57,118 bases of DNA. Origin: an uncultured Candidatus Saccharibacteria bacterium. GTDB taxonomy: Bacteria > Patescibacteriota > Minisyncoccia > Minisyncoccales > PWPS01. Positions 27,255 through 36,253 of this stretch are shown here, one piece after another. How positions within the stretch are numbered: position 1 is the first letter of the stretch; the number at the start of each line of letters is the position of its first letter. Below the pieces are notes generated by a model, which was given only the letters and a program-made list of their open reading frames with translations, was not told where the DNA came from and did not search any database. The translations under genes and the position numbers were made by a program. The stretch covers positions 1 to 57,118 of the forward strand of contig CAYSXL010000001.1 of assembly GCA_964435025.1 (NCBI GenBank). The letters are read 5' to 3'.

Positions 27255-27266
27255 AAAAAATAGCCC

Positions 27267-28328
27267 ATGAATTTTAAACAAACTTTGTGGATATCACACT
27301 CAGCCTTATCCGCGTACTCTCGGTGTCCACACTTGTATTATTTTGAGTATATATATCGCAATCCAAAGACAGGAAACAGAATACAGATAGTTAATCCCTA
27401 TCTTTCTTTGGGCTCGGCCGTTCATGAAACGATTGAGGGTCTTGCAAACGTCTCAATAAAAAAAAGAAAGCAAATTTCCCTCAAGGAACGGTTCGAAAAT
27501 ATATTTGAAGGATATAGAGGTAAGAAAGGAGGTTTTCTTTTAAAGAGCCAAGAAAATGATTTTTACGGAAGGGGAGTTAAGATGATGGAAAGAGTGGAGA
27601 AGTCAAATTTTCTCGAAAAACCCTCCACGATGCTGGAAAAAAATTTTCCGGTGGTTGATCTTTTTAGCGGAGAAGCAAAACTTGTGGGTAGCCTTGACTG
27701 GATAGAGGTTCTCCCCGGTGGAGGAGCACATATTATTGACTTTAAGACCGGAAATAACAGAGAGGGTAACGGGTCCTTACAACTTCCGATTTATGCGATT
27801 CTTGCAAAGGAAAATCTTTCTATAGAGGTAGAAAAAGTAAGTTACTGGTATCTCCAGCACGACGACAATCCCGTTTCCCAAGAAATCGGCGATCTTAATT
27901 CTTCACTCGAAGCAATCAAGGAAAAAACAAGTGCCATAAAAAGATCTATAGCAAATAACTATTTTCCTTGTAAGTACAATGGAAAGTGCTTCTCTTGCGG
28001 AGATTATGAAAAAATTTTTGGAGGGGAAGCGGAAATGATAGGAAGCGACAAGGAAAGAAAAAAAGATCTCTTCTTTGTTTTCAAAGAAGAAGATGTTGCA
28101 AAAAAAGTAATTGAAGATAATTTCTTGAACGCGGATGAGAAAGAGATGTTCAAAGACAGAATTGCGGGAAACACAAACGAAACAAAAAAGGGGAGCGGGG
28201 ACCCGGTGGAAGAAGGTACGGAAAAAGTCCAAGAAATAAAGGCAAAGCTGAAAAAAAATCTTTCCAAAGGAGAACTCAAGGCAGTAGTTAAACTCCTGAA
28301 TAATAATGGAAAAAAAAGCGAGTCTTAA
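27267..28328 (+). CDS. PD-(D/E)xK nuclease, Cas4/AddB-nuclease-like, with a four-Cys cluster and a K/E-rich tail
   Basis: SHSALSAYSRCPHLYYFEY at the N-terminus, GSLDWIE...HIIDFKTG, QLPIY, and C-terminal CKYNGKCFSC. Confidence 0.7.
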   Translation: MNFKQTLWISHSALSAYSRCPHLYYFEYIYRNPKTGNRIQIVNPYLSLGSAVHETIEGLANVSIKKRKQISLKERFENIFEGYRGKKGGFLLKSQENDFYGRGVKMMERVEKSNFLEKPSTMLEKNFPVVDLFSGEAKLVGSLDWIEVLPGGGAHIIDFKTGNNREGNGSLQLPIYAILAKENLSIEVEKVSYWYLQHDDNPVSQEIGDLNSSLEAIKEKTSAIKRSIANNYFPCKYNGKCFSCGDYEKIFGGEAEMIGSDKERKKDLFFVFKEEDVAKKVIEDNFLNADEKEMFKDRIAGNTNETKKGSGDPVEEGTEKVQEIKAKLKKNLSKGELKAVVKLLNNNGKKSES

Positions 28329-28899
28329 GAAAATAAAAGATGAGGTTGTCGGCTTGAGACAGTCTCCGCTATACAAAGAGAGAGTAAACGGAAAATTTTT
28401 TCCGGTGATAGGGGAGGGGAGCCATAATGCGAAAATTATGCTTATAGGCGAAGCGCCGGGGGCGAAAGAGGCTGCAACGGGAAGACCATTTTGTGGTAGT
28501 GCCGGTAAAATTCTTGATAGTTGTCTTCAGGAAGCAGGAATAGAGCGTAAAAGCGTATATGTTACCAATATTTTGAAAGATAGACCGCCCCGAAACAGAG
28601 ACCCTTTGCCCGAAGAGATAAAAATTTATGCTCCTTTTTTAAATCGGCAAATTGAAATTATAAAACCTAAAATTATTGCTCCTCTGGGCAGGTTTTCCGC
28701 CGAATATATCATGTCTAAATTTGGGTTTGAAAAAGAAATAGAACCAATTACCGCATTGCATGGAAAAACCTTTAATACGGAATCAGATTTCGGAGATGTG
28801 AAAATCATCCCTCTACTGCACCCGGCGGTAGCGGTATACAATCCTTACAAAAAGAAAGAACTTTTTTCGGGATTTTTGTCCTTTAAAGAAGCCTTTTAG
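28306..28899 (+). CDS. Uracil-DNA glycosylase, family 4
   Basis: GEAPGAKEAATGRPFCGSAGKILD and LLHPA motifs. Overlaps the upstream nuclease gene by 23 nt. Confidence 0.85.
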   Translation: MEKKASLKKIKDEVVGLRQSPLYKERVNGKFFPVIGEGSHNAKIMLIGEAPGAKEAATGRPFCGSAGKILDSCLQEAGIERKSVYVTNILKDRPPRNRDPLPEEIKIYAPFLNRQIEIIKPKIIAPLGRFSAEYIMSKFGFEKEIEPITALHGKTFNTESDFGDVKIIPLLHPAVAVYNPYKKKELFSGFLSFKEAF

Positions 28900-28938
28900 A
28901 GCGCTTCTACCTTTTATAAAAAAATGTTAATATGAAAA

Positions 28939-29604
28939 ATGATAGTCGCTGTTTATAAAGAAAGAGGATTAACGTCGAGAGCGGTGGTAAACGAAATAAA
29001 AAATAAGGTGAGAGAAAAGAAGGTCGGGCACGGGGGAACACTGGATCCTCTTGCCAGCGGGGTACTTGTTGTCGGTGTTTCCAGGGAGGGCACAAAAAAA
29101 CTACACACGGAACGTTTTAATGAGAAGGAATATATCGGAAAAATAAAATTAGGAGAGAAAAGTACCACTGATGACAGGGAGGGGGAAAAAGAGAAGAAAA
29201 AAGCTTCCACGTCGGATGTGCCGAAGGTGGGAGAAATAGAAATAATTTTACGGCGTTTTGTGGGGGATGTGATGCAAATTCCTCCGGCATATTCCGCGGT
29301 AAAAGTAAGTGGGAAGGAGTCCTATAAACTGGCAAGAAAAGGGTTTCTCGTAAAGCACAAGGAGAGACCTGTAAAGATAGAAAAAATAGAAATTCTCAGT
29401 TACAGATACCCTTTGCTTACAATTAGGGTGGTAACAGGTCCGGGAGTTTACATCCGTTCACTTGCTCGGGACATAGGAGATTGTTTAGTGGGAGGAGGTT
29501 ATCTTTATTCACTTTTGCGAACTCGCGTAGGCGGTTTTACTCTGGAAAATTGTGTTAAAATAGAAGAAATTCCCGGTCTCCGGGATAATTGGTCGAGAAG
29601 TTAG
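28939..29604 (+). CDS. truB: tRNA pseudouridine-55 synthase, short form without a PUA domain
   Basis: GHGGTLDPLASGVL (catalytic Asp), PPAYSAVKV.G, YIRSLARDIG. Ends at 221 aa. Confidence 0.9.
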   Translation: MIVAVYKERGLTSRAVVNEIKNKVREKKVGHGGTLDPLASGVLVVGVSREGTKKLHTERFNEKEYIGKIKLGEKSTTDDREGEKEKKKASTSDVPKVGEIEIILRRFVGDVMQIPPAYSAVKVSGKESYKLARKGFLVKHKERPVKIEKIEILSYRYPLLTIRVVTGPGVYIRSLARDIGDCLVGGGYLYSLLRTRVGGFTLENCVKIEEIPGLRDNWSRS

Positions 29605-29636
29605 TGCTTTAAAAACAAATGTAAATATTAATTAAA

Positions 29637-30701
29637 ATGCTCGAAAATATTTTTAAAAATCCTTTATGGCATGCGGAATATTTGAACAACTCACTCCTTG
29701 AGTATTTCTTCTTTTTTCTGCTCTTTGCCGCTTTGGCTATCGGCTTTTTCGGTTTTAAACTCATTCTTTTCCGAAAGCTTGCCCACCGGATAAAGAATAA
29801 AAAGATTCTTGAGATTTTGACGGATGTTGTGGGATCAATAAGGTCTCCCTTCTATGTGTTCGCGTCTTTCTATTTTGCACTTTTCTTATTAGAGGTACCC
29901 GGTCTTTTAATGAGACTTGCCGCTGCCATACTTATCCTCTGGACAGCGCAACATGTTGCCGTTATAGGCGGGAAATTTATCGATTTCGCTTTGCAGTTCT
30001 ATACGGAAAAAAAGCAAGAAAAGAATAAAGCGATGTTGAGGACGATGGGCAGTATCGGAAAAGTATTTTTATGGGCTATTATTCTCCTTGCGGTTCTCGG
30101 AGCTTTTGGAGTAAATATTACCGCCATTGTTGCCGGTATGGGTGTGGGTGGTATCGCAATTGCTTTTGCATTGCAAAATATACTTTCCGATCTTTTCAGC
30201 TCTTTTTCTATTTACTTTGATAAGCCTTTTCTGGAAGGGGATCTCATTGTTGTTGAGGGCAAGTGGGGAACGGTAGAAAAAATAGGGATAAAGAGTACTC
30301 GGGTGAGGTCGCTGCAAGGAGAAGAGATTATTTTTTCCAATATGGAGCTTACTTCGGCCCAAGTGCATAACTTCAGGAAAATGGAAGACAGGCGCGCCGA
30401 GTTTAATCTGGGGATTGTTTATGAGACTTCTACCGAAAAGATGGAGAAAATACCCGCCATTATCAGAAAAATCGTGGACAAGGAGGAGATGACCGAGTTT
30501 AACCGGGTGCATTTTCATAACTTCGGGCCCTTCTCCTTGGACTACTTACTTGTTTACTATATAAAGTCTCCCAACTATACCGTTTTTATGGATGTTAACG
30601 AAAGGATATTGCTTAATATAAAAAGAGAGTTCGAGAAAGAAGGCATAGGGTTTGCTTATCCGACAAAGACCGTTCATGTCGTGGAAAATTCTGTGAAATA
30701 A
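29637..30701 (+). CDS. Mechanosensitive ion channel (MscS family)
   Basis: Several TM helices followed by the MscS beta-domain pattern PF..GD.I.V.G..G.VE.I....T. Confidence 0.8.
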   Translation: MLENIFKNPLWHAEYLNNSLLEYFFFFLLFAALAIGFFGFKLILFRKLAHRIKNKKILEILTDVVGSIRSPFYVFASFYFALFLLEVPGLLMRLAAAILILWTAQHVAVIGGKFIDFALQFYTEKKQEKNKAMLRTMGSIGKVFLWAIILLAVLGAFGVNITAIVAGMGVGGIAIAFALQNILSDLFSSFSIYFDKPFLEGDLIVVEGKWGTVEKIGIKSTRVRSLQGEEIIFSNMELTSAQVHNFRKMEDRRAEFNLGIVYETSTEKMEKIPAIIRKIVDKEEMTEFNRVHFHNFGPFSLDYLLVYYIKSPNYTVFMDVNERILLNIKREFEKEGIGFAYPTKTVHVVENSVK

Positions 30702-30708
30702 TTCTGTT

Positions 30709-32421
30709 ATGGAAATTTGGAATTTTTTATCGGAAATTGTACACGGGATTGATGTCACCTCGCAGGTAGAGCTTGCTGTTCTTCTTGTATCGGCAGCTTT
30801 TCTCGGTATAATATTCAGATTCTTTAAACAGCCTCTTATTTTAGCATATCTTGTTACCGGTATTATTATCGGGACTTTCGGATTCTTAAATCTTGAAGAC
30901 GGAAATGTTATTCAGCTTTTTTCCACTTTGGGAATAATGTTCTTGCTTTTCCTGGTAGGAATGGAAATGGATTATAGCGCTATCAAAAAAACGGGGAAAC
31001 TTTCTCTTGCAATCGGACTTGGGCAAGTACTATTTACGGCAACGGGAGGTTTCTTAATCGGGCACTTCCTTTTCGGCTTTGCGGTGTTGCCGGCTCTCTA
31101 TATTGCGGTAGCCTTAACTTTTTCCAGCACGGTTATTATCGTAAAGCTGTTATCGGATAAGGGTAGTTTCGCAACCTTGCACGGCAGGGCTGCGATAGGT
31201 CTTTTGCTTGTGCAAGACCTGGTGGTAATTTTAATTCTTATCGTACTTAACGCAATCGAAATAGGAGAAGGGGTCGGTATCTTTTCTCTTGCAAGAACAG
31301 TGGTTGCGGGGGTAGGTCTTTTTGCCTTAATGCTTTTTTTGGGAGGAAATGTGTTTCCCTATCTGTTTAGAAAAATTGCGACTTCTCAGGAACTGCTTTT
31401 TTTAGTGAGTCTTTCGTGGCTTCTTGCTTTTGCGGTAATTGTAAAACAGATCGGGTTTTCCGTAGAAATTGCGGGTTTTTTGGGAGGAGTGGCGCTTGCC
31501 AATTCTTCGGAAAAATATCATATCGCAAATAAAATAAGACCCCTCAGGGATTTCTTTATTTTGATATTTTTTGTTTATCTGGGATCTCTTATGGTTATTT
31601 CCGATTTTGGGGGAATGATGTTGCCGGTTATTATTTTTTCTTTATTTGTTCTTATTGGGAATCCCCTTATCGTAATGATAATTATGGGATTGATGCGCTA
31701 CAAAAAGAGAACAAGTTTTTTGACGGGCGTTACTGTTGCGCAAATTTCCGAGTTTAGCTTGATATTTGCAACACTCGGACTTGCTCTGGGGCATATTACA
31801 AACCAAATATTTGCCGTTATCGTTGCCGTGGGTGTTATTACCATTACGCTCTCCACCTATCTTATTCTCTATGCGGAGAGAATATTTCCTTATATCGAAA
31901 AATTTCTTTCTCTCTTTGAAAGAAAAGGAACTCAAGAAGAGGAGGGTGATTACGGTATATCTAAACCGGTTATTCTTGTGGGAGCAAACAGGATAGGGAG
32001 GGGAATAATGAATTATATCAGCAAGGAAAATCTTTTGGTGATTGATTTTGATCCGGTGGTCATAGATCTTCTCAAGAAGGAGAAGACCGACCATATCTTT
32101 GCCGACTTAAAGGACCCTCATCTCTTTGAAGAGTTGAATCTGGAAGAGACAAAGCTTGTCATTTCTACAAGTCCGCAGTTGGAAGATAATGTTGTACTTA
32201 TAAAGAGAATCAAGGACATAAGTGAAAATATAAAGGTTATAGTGCGAGCGGAAAACGAAGATGAAGCGGTAAACCTTTACGATAAAAAGGCCGACTACGT
32301 CCTTTTGCCCCACCTTTTGTCCGGGAAATATCTGGGAGAAATCATTGACTCCAATTTAGATCTAAAAGATATTGAAGTTCGCCGTAAAAGAGAACTGAAA
32401 TTTCTCAAGAAGAATACATGA
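30709..32421 (+). CDS. Monovalent cation:proton antiporter-2 (Kef-type) with a C-terminal RCK/TrkA-N domain
   Basis: About 12 TM segments of Na_H_exchanger type, then VILVGANRIGRGI as a Rossmann segment. Confidence 0.85.
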   Translation: MEIWNFLSEIVHGIDVTSQVELAVLLVSAAFLGIIFRFFKQPLILAYLVTGIIIGTFGFLNLEDGNVIQLFSTLGIMFLLFLVGMEMDYSAIKKTGKLSLAIGLGQVLFTATGGFLIGHFLFGFAVLPALYIAVALTFSSTVIIVKLLSDKGSFATLHGRAAIGLLLVQDLVVILILIVLNAIEIGEGVGIFSLARTVVAGVGLFALMLFLGGNVFPYLFRKIATSQELLFLVSLSWLLAFAVIVKQIGFSVEIAGFLGGVALANSSEKYHIANKIRPLRDFFILIFFVYLGSLMVISDFGGMMLPVIIFSLFVLIGNPLIVMIIMGLMRYKKRTSFLTGVTVAQISEFSLIFATLGLALGHITNQIFAVIVAVGVITITLSTYLILYAERIFPYIEKFLSLFERKGTQEEEGDYGISKPVILVGANRIGRGIMNYISKENLLVIDFDPVVIDLLKKEKTDHIFADLKDPHLFEELNLEETKLVISTSPQLEDNVVLIKRIKDISENIKVIVRAENEDEAVNLYDKKADYVLLPHLLSGKYLGEIIDSNLDLKDIEVRRKRELKFLKKNT

Positions 32422-33032
32422 AAATAGATTCGAAAAAAAAGAATAAATTTATAAGTATCACAAGAAGTTATTTCCCGCTTTCTTTGCTATTATTTTTTTG
32501 CTTCTTTCTTTTCGGAGTACTGTTTTCGAGCTTGTATCCGGCCTTAGCCGGAAAAGGGTTTAAAGAGATACAGGAAGCACTGTCATTGCTTTTTAATTTG
32601 GGGCCGATCGAGATGGCCTTGTTCATTTTTTTTAATAATTCAATAAAAATATTGATAGCCATTCTTCTTGGCGTTCTTTTTGCTGTTCCTACGATTTTCT
32701 TTTTAATCTTAAACGGTTGGGCTTTGGGATATGTATCCGGCCTGATATATCCCGACATAGGGTTAACAGGTCTTTTTTATTCGTTATTTTTTCACGGAAT
32801 TTTTGAACTAACAGCCCTTTTTATAGGAACATCTCTCGGTTTTTGGATAGGTGTTTCCATTTACCGTGAAATTAAAGAAAGGGGAGAAACGCTTAGCCAG
32901 AGCATAATGCTTACAATAAATATTTTTTTCCGGGAGAAAATAGCATTTGTCATGGACGTTTTCTTTTATGTAATCGTACCCCTTCTTGCGGTTGCCGCGG
33001 TTATTGAAACTTATCTAATATTTTTTTTATGA
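32418..33032 (+). CDS. SpoIIM-like (DUF95) integral membrane protein
   Basis: FFNNSIKILI....LNGWALGYV and HGIFELTALFIG motifs. Overlaps the upstream stop (ATGA). Confidence 0.6.
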   Translation: MKIDSKKKNKFISITRSYFPLSLLLFFCFFLFGVLFSSLYPALAGKGFKEIQEALSLLFNLGPIEMALFIFFNNSIKILIAILLGVLFAVPTIFFLILNGWALGYVSGLIYPDIGLTGLFYSLFFHGIFELTALFIGTSLGFWIGVSIYREIKERGETLSQSIMLTINIFFREKIAFVMDVFFYVIVPLLAVAAVIETYLIFFL

Positions 33033-33661
33033 TAATATCGGAAAAAAAGGACGGACCGATGAACGGTAAAAAAAACAAAGACATCTTTCTAAAAAAGCAC
33101 GGCTCTGCCGGCAATAATTTAATTCTGGGAGAACAAGTACACGGGAAAAACATAGAAATTGTTGGCAAGTCACAAAGAGGGGAGACAATAAGAAGCACCG
33201 ACGGGCTCATTTCCGGCAGAGAATCTTTTTTTATAGGAGTGACTGTCGCGGATTGCATACCGATATCATTTTTTTCCAAAGAGGTATCCGGAATATTGCA
33301 CGTGGGCTGGAGAGGGCTAGAGAGAGGAATAATTGAGGAGGCTTTACAAAAAATAGTTTTGATGGGAGAAAGAGTTGAAAAAGTGTTTTTCGAGATCGGT
33401 CCTTCCATAGGGCCGTGCCATTTTGAGGTAGGAGATGATGTTGTAGAAAGATTCAAAGGGTACGAGAAGTTCTTGTACAGAGAAAAAGGGAAGAAGTTTC
33501 TGGATATAAAAAATATTGCCGGACAAAAACTAAAAAACGGAGGAGTAAAAAACCTTATGATTTCTGACAAATGCACATACTGTAATCCTGAAAGATATTA
33601 TTCATTTCGTAGAGATAAAAAATTAAAAAGCATGCTTGCTTTAAATTATCCGCTAAAGTAA
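33029..33661 (+). CDS. pgeF: YfiH/PgeF-family (laccase-domain, peptidoglycan editing factor-like) protein
   Basis: VTVADCIPI, HVGWRG, CHFEVG, CTYC....YYSFRRD. Confidence 0.8.
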   Translation: MIISEKKDGPMNGKKNKDIFLKKHGSAGNNLILGEQVHGKNIEIVGKSQRGETIRSTDGLISGRESFFIGVTVADCIPISFFSKEVSGILHVGWRGLERGIIEEALQKIVLMGERVEKVFFEIGPSIGPCHFEVGDDVVERFKGYEKFLYREKGKKFLDIKNIAGQKLKNGGVKNLMISDKCTYCNPERYYSFRRDKKLKSMLALNYPLK

Positions 33662-33668
33662 AAAAAAT

Positions 33669-34550
33669 ATGCAAAAAATAAAAAAAGCGGTGATTGCCGC
33701 CGCCGGATACGGAACAAGATTCTTGCCCGCGACAAAAACCCAACCCAAAGAAATGCTTCCTATTATTGATAAACCGATTATTCACTATCTGGTCGAGGAG
33801 GCCGTAAATTCGGGTATAGAAGATATTGTATTGGTTACTCGTTGTGGCCACACTTCTTTGGAGGACTATTTTGATTCTCATAGGGAGTTGGAGTCGGAGC
33901 TTGAAAGGAACGGAAAGATGGAAAGATTACGAAAAATAAAAGAAATTCCCAAGATGGCGAATTTTATTTATATGAGACAAAAAAATGATCTTCCCTACGG
34001 GAATGCGACACCGCTTCTTTCTGCGCTCTCTGTGATCGATTCCGGGGAACCTTTTGTATATATGTACGGAGATGATTTGACGATCTCCGATGTCCCCGTT
34101 ACAAAACAGCTTATCGAGGCGTACGAAAAGCAAAATCCGGAGGCCGTTATGGCGGTGCAAGAGGTTCCGAAAGAGGATGTTCATAAGTACGGAACGGTGC
34201 GATACAAGAAAGGAGGTAGTAGTAAATATGAGATTGAGGAGGCATGCGAAAAATTTCCTGCAGAAAAAGCGCCCTCCAGAATGGCGTCTTTCGGGAGATT
34301 TGTTTTTTCCCACGATGTTATAAAAGAGGCCACCAACACCCCCACGGGCAAGGACGGGGAGCTCTGGGTGATGGATATTTTGAATTCGCTGGCTAAGGGA
34401 GGAAAAAAGATTATAGCTCAACCCATTGAGGGAGAATGGCATACAACAGGAGATCCGCTAAATTACCTTAAAACCTCCTACAGATTTGCTTTGCTAAGAG
34501 ATGATATAAAAAACGAATTAAGAGAGTATTTAAAGAAAAACTACAATTAA
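33669..34550 (+). CDS. galU: UTP--glucose-1-phosphate uridylyltransferase
   Basis: KAVIAAAGYGTRFLPATKTQPKEMLPIIDKP, and VQEVP.E....YG. Confidence 0.9.
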   Translation: MQKIKKAVIAAAGYGTRFLPATKTQPKEMLPIIDKPIIHYLVEEAVNSGIEDIVLVTRCGHTSLEDYFDSHRELESELERNGKMERLRKIKEIPKMANFIYMRQKNDLPYGNATPLLSALSVIDSGEPFVYMYGDDLTISDVPVTKQLIEAYEKQNPEAVMAVQEVPKEDVHKYGTVRYKKGGSSKYEIEEACEKFPAEKAPSRMASFGRFVFSHDVIKEATNTPTGKDGELWVMDILNSLAKGGKKIIAQPIEGEWHTTGDPLNYLKTSYRFALLRDDIKNELREYLKKNYN

Positions 34551-34556
34551 ATATAT

Positions 34557-35486
34557 TTATGACAGCACGACACCCATGGAACTCATGTTTCCTTGCAGAA
34601 AATCTTTGGAGTTAGTGGATTGCTTGCCTTCGATCTGAAGACTTTTAATAAGGAGAAAATCTTTCCCCGTTTGTACGGCGATAGTATAGTTAGTGCCCAA
34701 ATAAACCTTACCCGGTTCTCCAAAGGGTCCGTTTCCCGTCTGTTCTTGAATGTCCGCGTCAAGAACTTTAAAGTATTTGTCTCCCATTTTACCAAAAGTA
34801 CCGGGCCACGGGTTTAACGCTCTTACCTTTCTTTCAATTTCCTTTGCGGATCTACTCCAATCTATTCTTCCGTCCTCTTTACTCAATATTTCGGTATAGG
34901 TTGCTTCTTCTTCATTTTGCTCCAAGGGGTTAATATTGTTATTAAGAATATCGCTTATATTCTTTGTGAGGAGCTTACCTCCTTCTTTGGCAAGCATCTC
35001 TTCAGCCTCCGGATAATTTATTTTTGAATGGAAAGGAAGTTCTTTTTTTGCCAGTATTGATCCCGTGTCAACACTTTCATCCATTAAGAAAAGGGTAATA
35101 CCGCTTTCTTCTTCTCCGTTTAATATTGCGCTTTGGATGGGGGTCGGACCCCGATACTTTGGGAGAAGAGAAGGGTGTAGATTGACAAATTTTGAGAGTT
35201 TAAGTGTTAGAGGAGAAACAATTATTCCGAAAGATGCGACAATTACCGCATCAGGGTTCTCTTTTTCGACTTCAGCGTGAAGTTCTTCTTTATTTTTTGT
35301 TTCCCGTGTTTCGATATTGTTTTCTTCGGCCAATTTTTCTATTTCTACGGATTTTCTATTTTTCTCTCTCTTCGTCCTTTTGTCGGGGGTTGTTAAAACA
35401 AGGTACGGTTTTAAATTACCTTCCAAAATGGTTTTAAGAGCCGAAAGCGCGAATTTTCCGTTACCTGCAAAAATTATTTTTGACAT
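34557..35486 (-). CDS. fmt: Methionyl-tRNA formyltransferase
   Basis: IIFAGNG.FA, IVASFG.I, NLHPSLLPKYRG..PIQ.AI, and a C-terminal beta-barrel domain. The canonical start is MSKIIFAG at 35486; the ORF-track N-terminal extension to 35576 overlaps the upstream gene. Confidence 0.9.
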   Translation of the reverse strand: MSKIIFAGNGKFALSALKTILEGNLKPYLVLTTPDKRTKREKNRKSVEIEKLAEENNIETRETKNKEELHAEVEKENPDAVIVASFGIIVSPLTLKLSKFVNLHPSLLPKYRGPTPIQSAILNGEEESGITLFLMDESVDTGSILAKKELPFHSKINYPEAEEMLAKEGGKLLTKNISDILNNNINPLEQNEEEATYTEILSKEDGRIDWSRSAKEIERKVRALNPWPGTFGKMGDKYFKVLDADIQEQTGNGPFGEPGKVYLGTNYTIAVQTGKDFLLIKSLQIEGKQSTNSKDFLQGNMSSMGVVLS

Positions 35487-35508
35487 AGGAAAGTTATACG
35501 AATTTACT

Positions 35509-36249
35509 TTAATATTCCTCCTTCCATTCGATGTCCTCCTCTTTTCCGGCAAATTCAAGCCAATCGCCGGTTTCACGACTAATAACGAACCACTTCCTTT
35601 TTGTTTTTGACCAGACCATGGGATCGCCGCGAAAATAGGGTTTGTTCTTTTTTTCTTTGGGCTTTAAATTTTCAATTTCCGGCCATTTCTTGAAGACCGT
35701 TTCAATGGCGTAATCAAGATTTCTTGATTTTGCCCAAAGAGCTACTTTGTCCATGGCTTTTTTGGCCTCTTGTACTGATCCGGTAAGTTCTAAAAGGTCT
35801 TTCGCCGGCTTTGTATATCGTGAATAAATGATCTTTCTTTTTTTTGTATCCTTTTTTATCTCTTCAAGTGAAAAACCCTTCGTCTTAAAGTAGTGGTTAA
35901 CTATTTTTTGAATATCCGTTTCAGCATTATTTTGGGGCAAAGGAGGAACGATACCCTTATCTTCCAGATATTCTAACAAATCATGAACAGTTTTCAAATG
36001 CTTTTTTATAGCGGCGTCTTTCACTTGTTGGTTTTGGAGGTGTTTGCGGTATTTCTGAATGTGTTTTTTTTCAAGTTGTTCTGGAAAGATGTCTTGTATC
36101 TGCTCTTTTATAAGCCATTGTTTGAAGAACTCGAGACTTCTTTCTCTTTCTCTTATTCCCGATAAAGCAAACCCTTTCTTTTCCTTGTCCAAAAGAAAAG
36201 AGGGGAAGTAGGCGATTAACGTATTGTCTCTTTTTACTTTTTCCGACAT
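35509..36249 (-). CDS. Hypothetical protein with an N-terminal phage-integrase SAM-like (core-binding) pattern but no catalytic domain
   Basis: FPSFLLDKEKKGFALSGIRERERSLEFFKQWL....IFPEQLEKKHIQKYRKHLQ....AAIKKHLKTVHDLLEYLEDKG fits the SAM-like fold pattern. The C-terminal half is unrecognised and has no R..HxxR..Y signature. Confidence 0.5.
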   Translation of the reverse strand: MSEKVKRDNTLIAYFPSFLLDKEKKGFALSGIRERERSLEFFKQWLIKEQIQDIFPEQLEKKHIQKYRKHLQNQQVKDAAIKKHLKTVHDLLEYLEDKGIVPPLPQNNAETDIQKIVNHYFKTKGFSLEEIKKDTKKRKIIYSRYTKPAKDLLELTGSVQEAKKAMDKVALWAKSRNLDYAIETVFKKWPEIENLKPKEKKNKPYFRGDPMVWSKTKRKWFVISRETGDWLEFAGKEEDIEWKEEY

Positions 36250-36253
36250 GTTC

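Noticed and set aside
34557-35576. N-terminal extensions in the ORF track. Examples are fmt to 35576, helicase-nuclease from 16635, kinase from 15257, LigB-like to 56094, ctpA to 54757, GT4 from 3888, and GH57 from 5177.
   Set aside because: In each case an internal ATG reproduces the canonical family N-terminus and removes an overlap with the neighbouring gene. The extensions are read-through of upstream coding or intergenic sequence.
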